64,000 nt of DNA, from NCBI GenBank assembly GCA_902774185.1, contig CACYHE010000003.1, forward strand, positions 11,997-75,996, in the 5' to 3' direction. Within the stretch, counting starts at the first letter, position 1, and every line of letters starts with the position of its first letter. Origin of the DNA: an uncultured Bacteroidales bacterium (GTDB lineage Bacteria; Bacteroidota; Bacteroidia; Bacteroidales; Paludibacteraceae). This document shows, one piece after another, positions 63,786 through 64,000 of the stretch. The translations under genes and the position numbers were made by a program. The notes under the pieces are model-generated. The model did no database searches and had not been told where the DNA came from. It worked only from the letters and a program-made list of their open reading frames with translations.

Positions 63786-64000
63786 ATGAATAAAGCAACG
63801 ACCATAGAACAGATCCGGACAATGGGAAAGCAGATACTGCCTAAAGGGAGTCATCTGTGGTTGTATGGTTCGCGTGCTAGAGGAACGAATCGTCCTGACT
63901 CTGATTGGGATTTGTTGGTATTGCTGAATAGGCCTCAGAATATGATTGCGGATTTCGAGCAAATATCTTATCCCTTGATGGAGCTCGGTTTTGATCAAGG
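63786..64000 (+). CDS. Minimal nucleotidyltransferase (MNT-type, HEPN/MNT antitoxin-like), 3' end outside the window
   Basis: -7 box TACCTTTG at 63712-63719. LWLYGSRARGTNRPDSDWDLLVLL matches the GSxxRG...DxD motif. The frame is still open at the window end. Confidence 0.7.
   Translation, partial: MNKATTIEQIRTMGKQILPKGSHLWLYGSRARGTNRPDSDWDLLVLLNRPQNMIADFEQISYPLMELGFDQ

Noticed and set aside
36500-64000. Search for an integrase, transposase, relaxase or phage structural genes to define the island as a mobile element
   Set aside because: None was recognised in any frame of the window. The island is therefore described only by its att-like scar, composition and content, and not annotated as a mobile_element.

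Overview
Bacteroidota (Bacteroidales-type) chromosomal segment. The assignment rests on a SusC/SusD pair, many TAnnTTTG -7 promoter boxes and a tmRNA with the tag GERTYALAA. Three blocks are visible. (1) 1-21.7 kb is one tightly coupled beta-glucan polysaccharide utilisation locus: susC/susD, an SGBP-like lipoprotein, three GH16, a GH128-like enzyme, a GPH-type MFS importer, a large cytoplasmic phosphorylase-like protein, GH30, GH81 with two CBM32-like modules, and GH3. (2) 21.7-36.5 kb is housekeeping or accessory: an ABC module, a TonB-receptor/PepSY uptake cluster, a BspA-type LRR protein, tmRNA fused to tRNA-Ala, a GNAT-like gene, a Fur-family regulator, a Zn-peptidase and tRNA-Arg. (3) 36.5-64 kb is a compositionally mosaic island with defence-island character, starting at a tRNA-Arg whose 3' end is duplicated. 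It contains a nine-gene translationally coupled operon: Zn-ribbon/SPFH-like/coiled-coil protein, cytoplasmic gingipain(C25)-like protein, Zn-ribbon membrane protein, five exported proteins and a TIR-TM-WD40 protein. It also holds two secreted LRR-caspase paralogs, RelB/PIN and AbiEi/AbiEii modules, a truncated abiEi copy, duplicated junction sequences, three paralogous small basic proteins (two with a covarying leader hairpin) and a partial MNT nucleotidyltransferase. The nine-gene operon is my best candidate for an undescribed system. A second unexplained signal is a family of more than 20 short 7-10 nt periodic tandem tracts scattered through 8.5-36.5 kb. They lie in frame inside glycoside hydrolase genes, inside signal peptides, before a shared C-terminal motif and next to both tRNAs. 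All domain calls come from reading motifs by eye; no searches were run.
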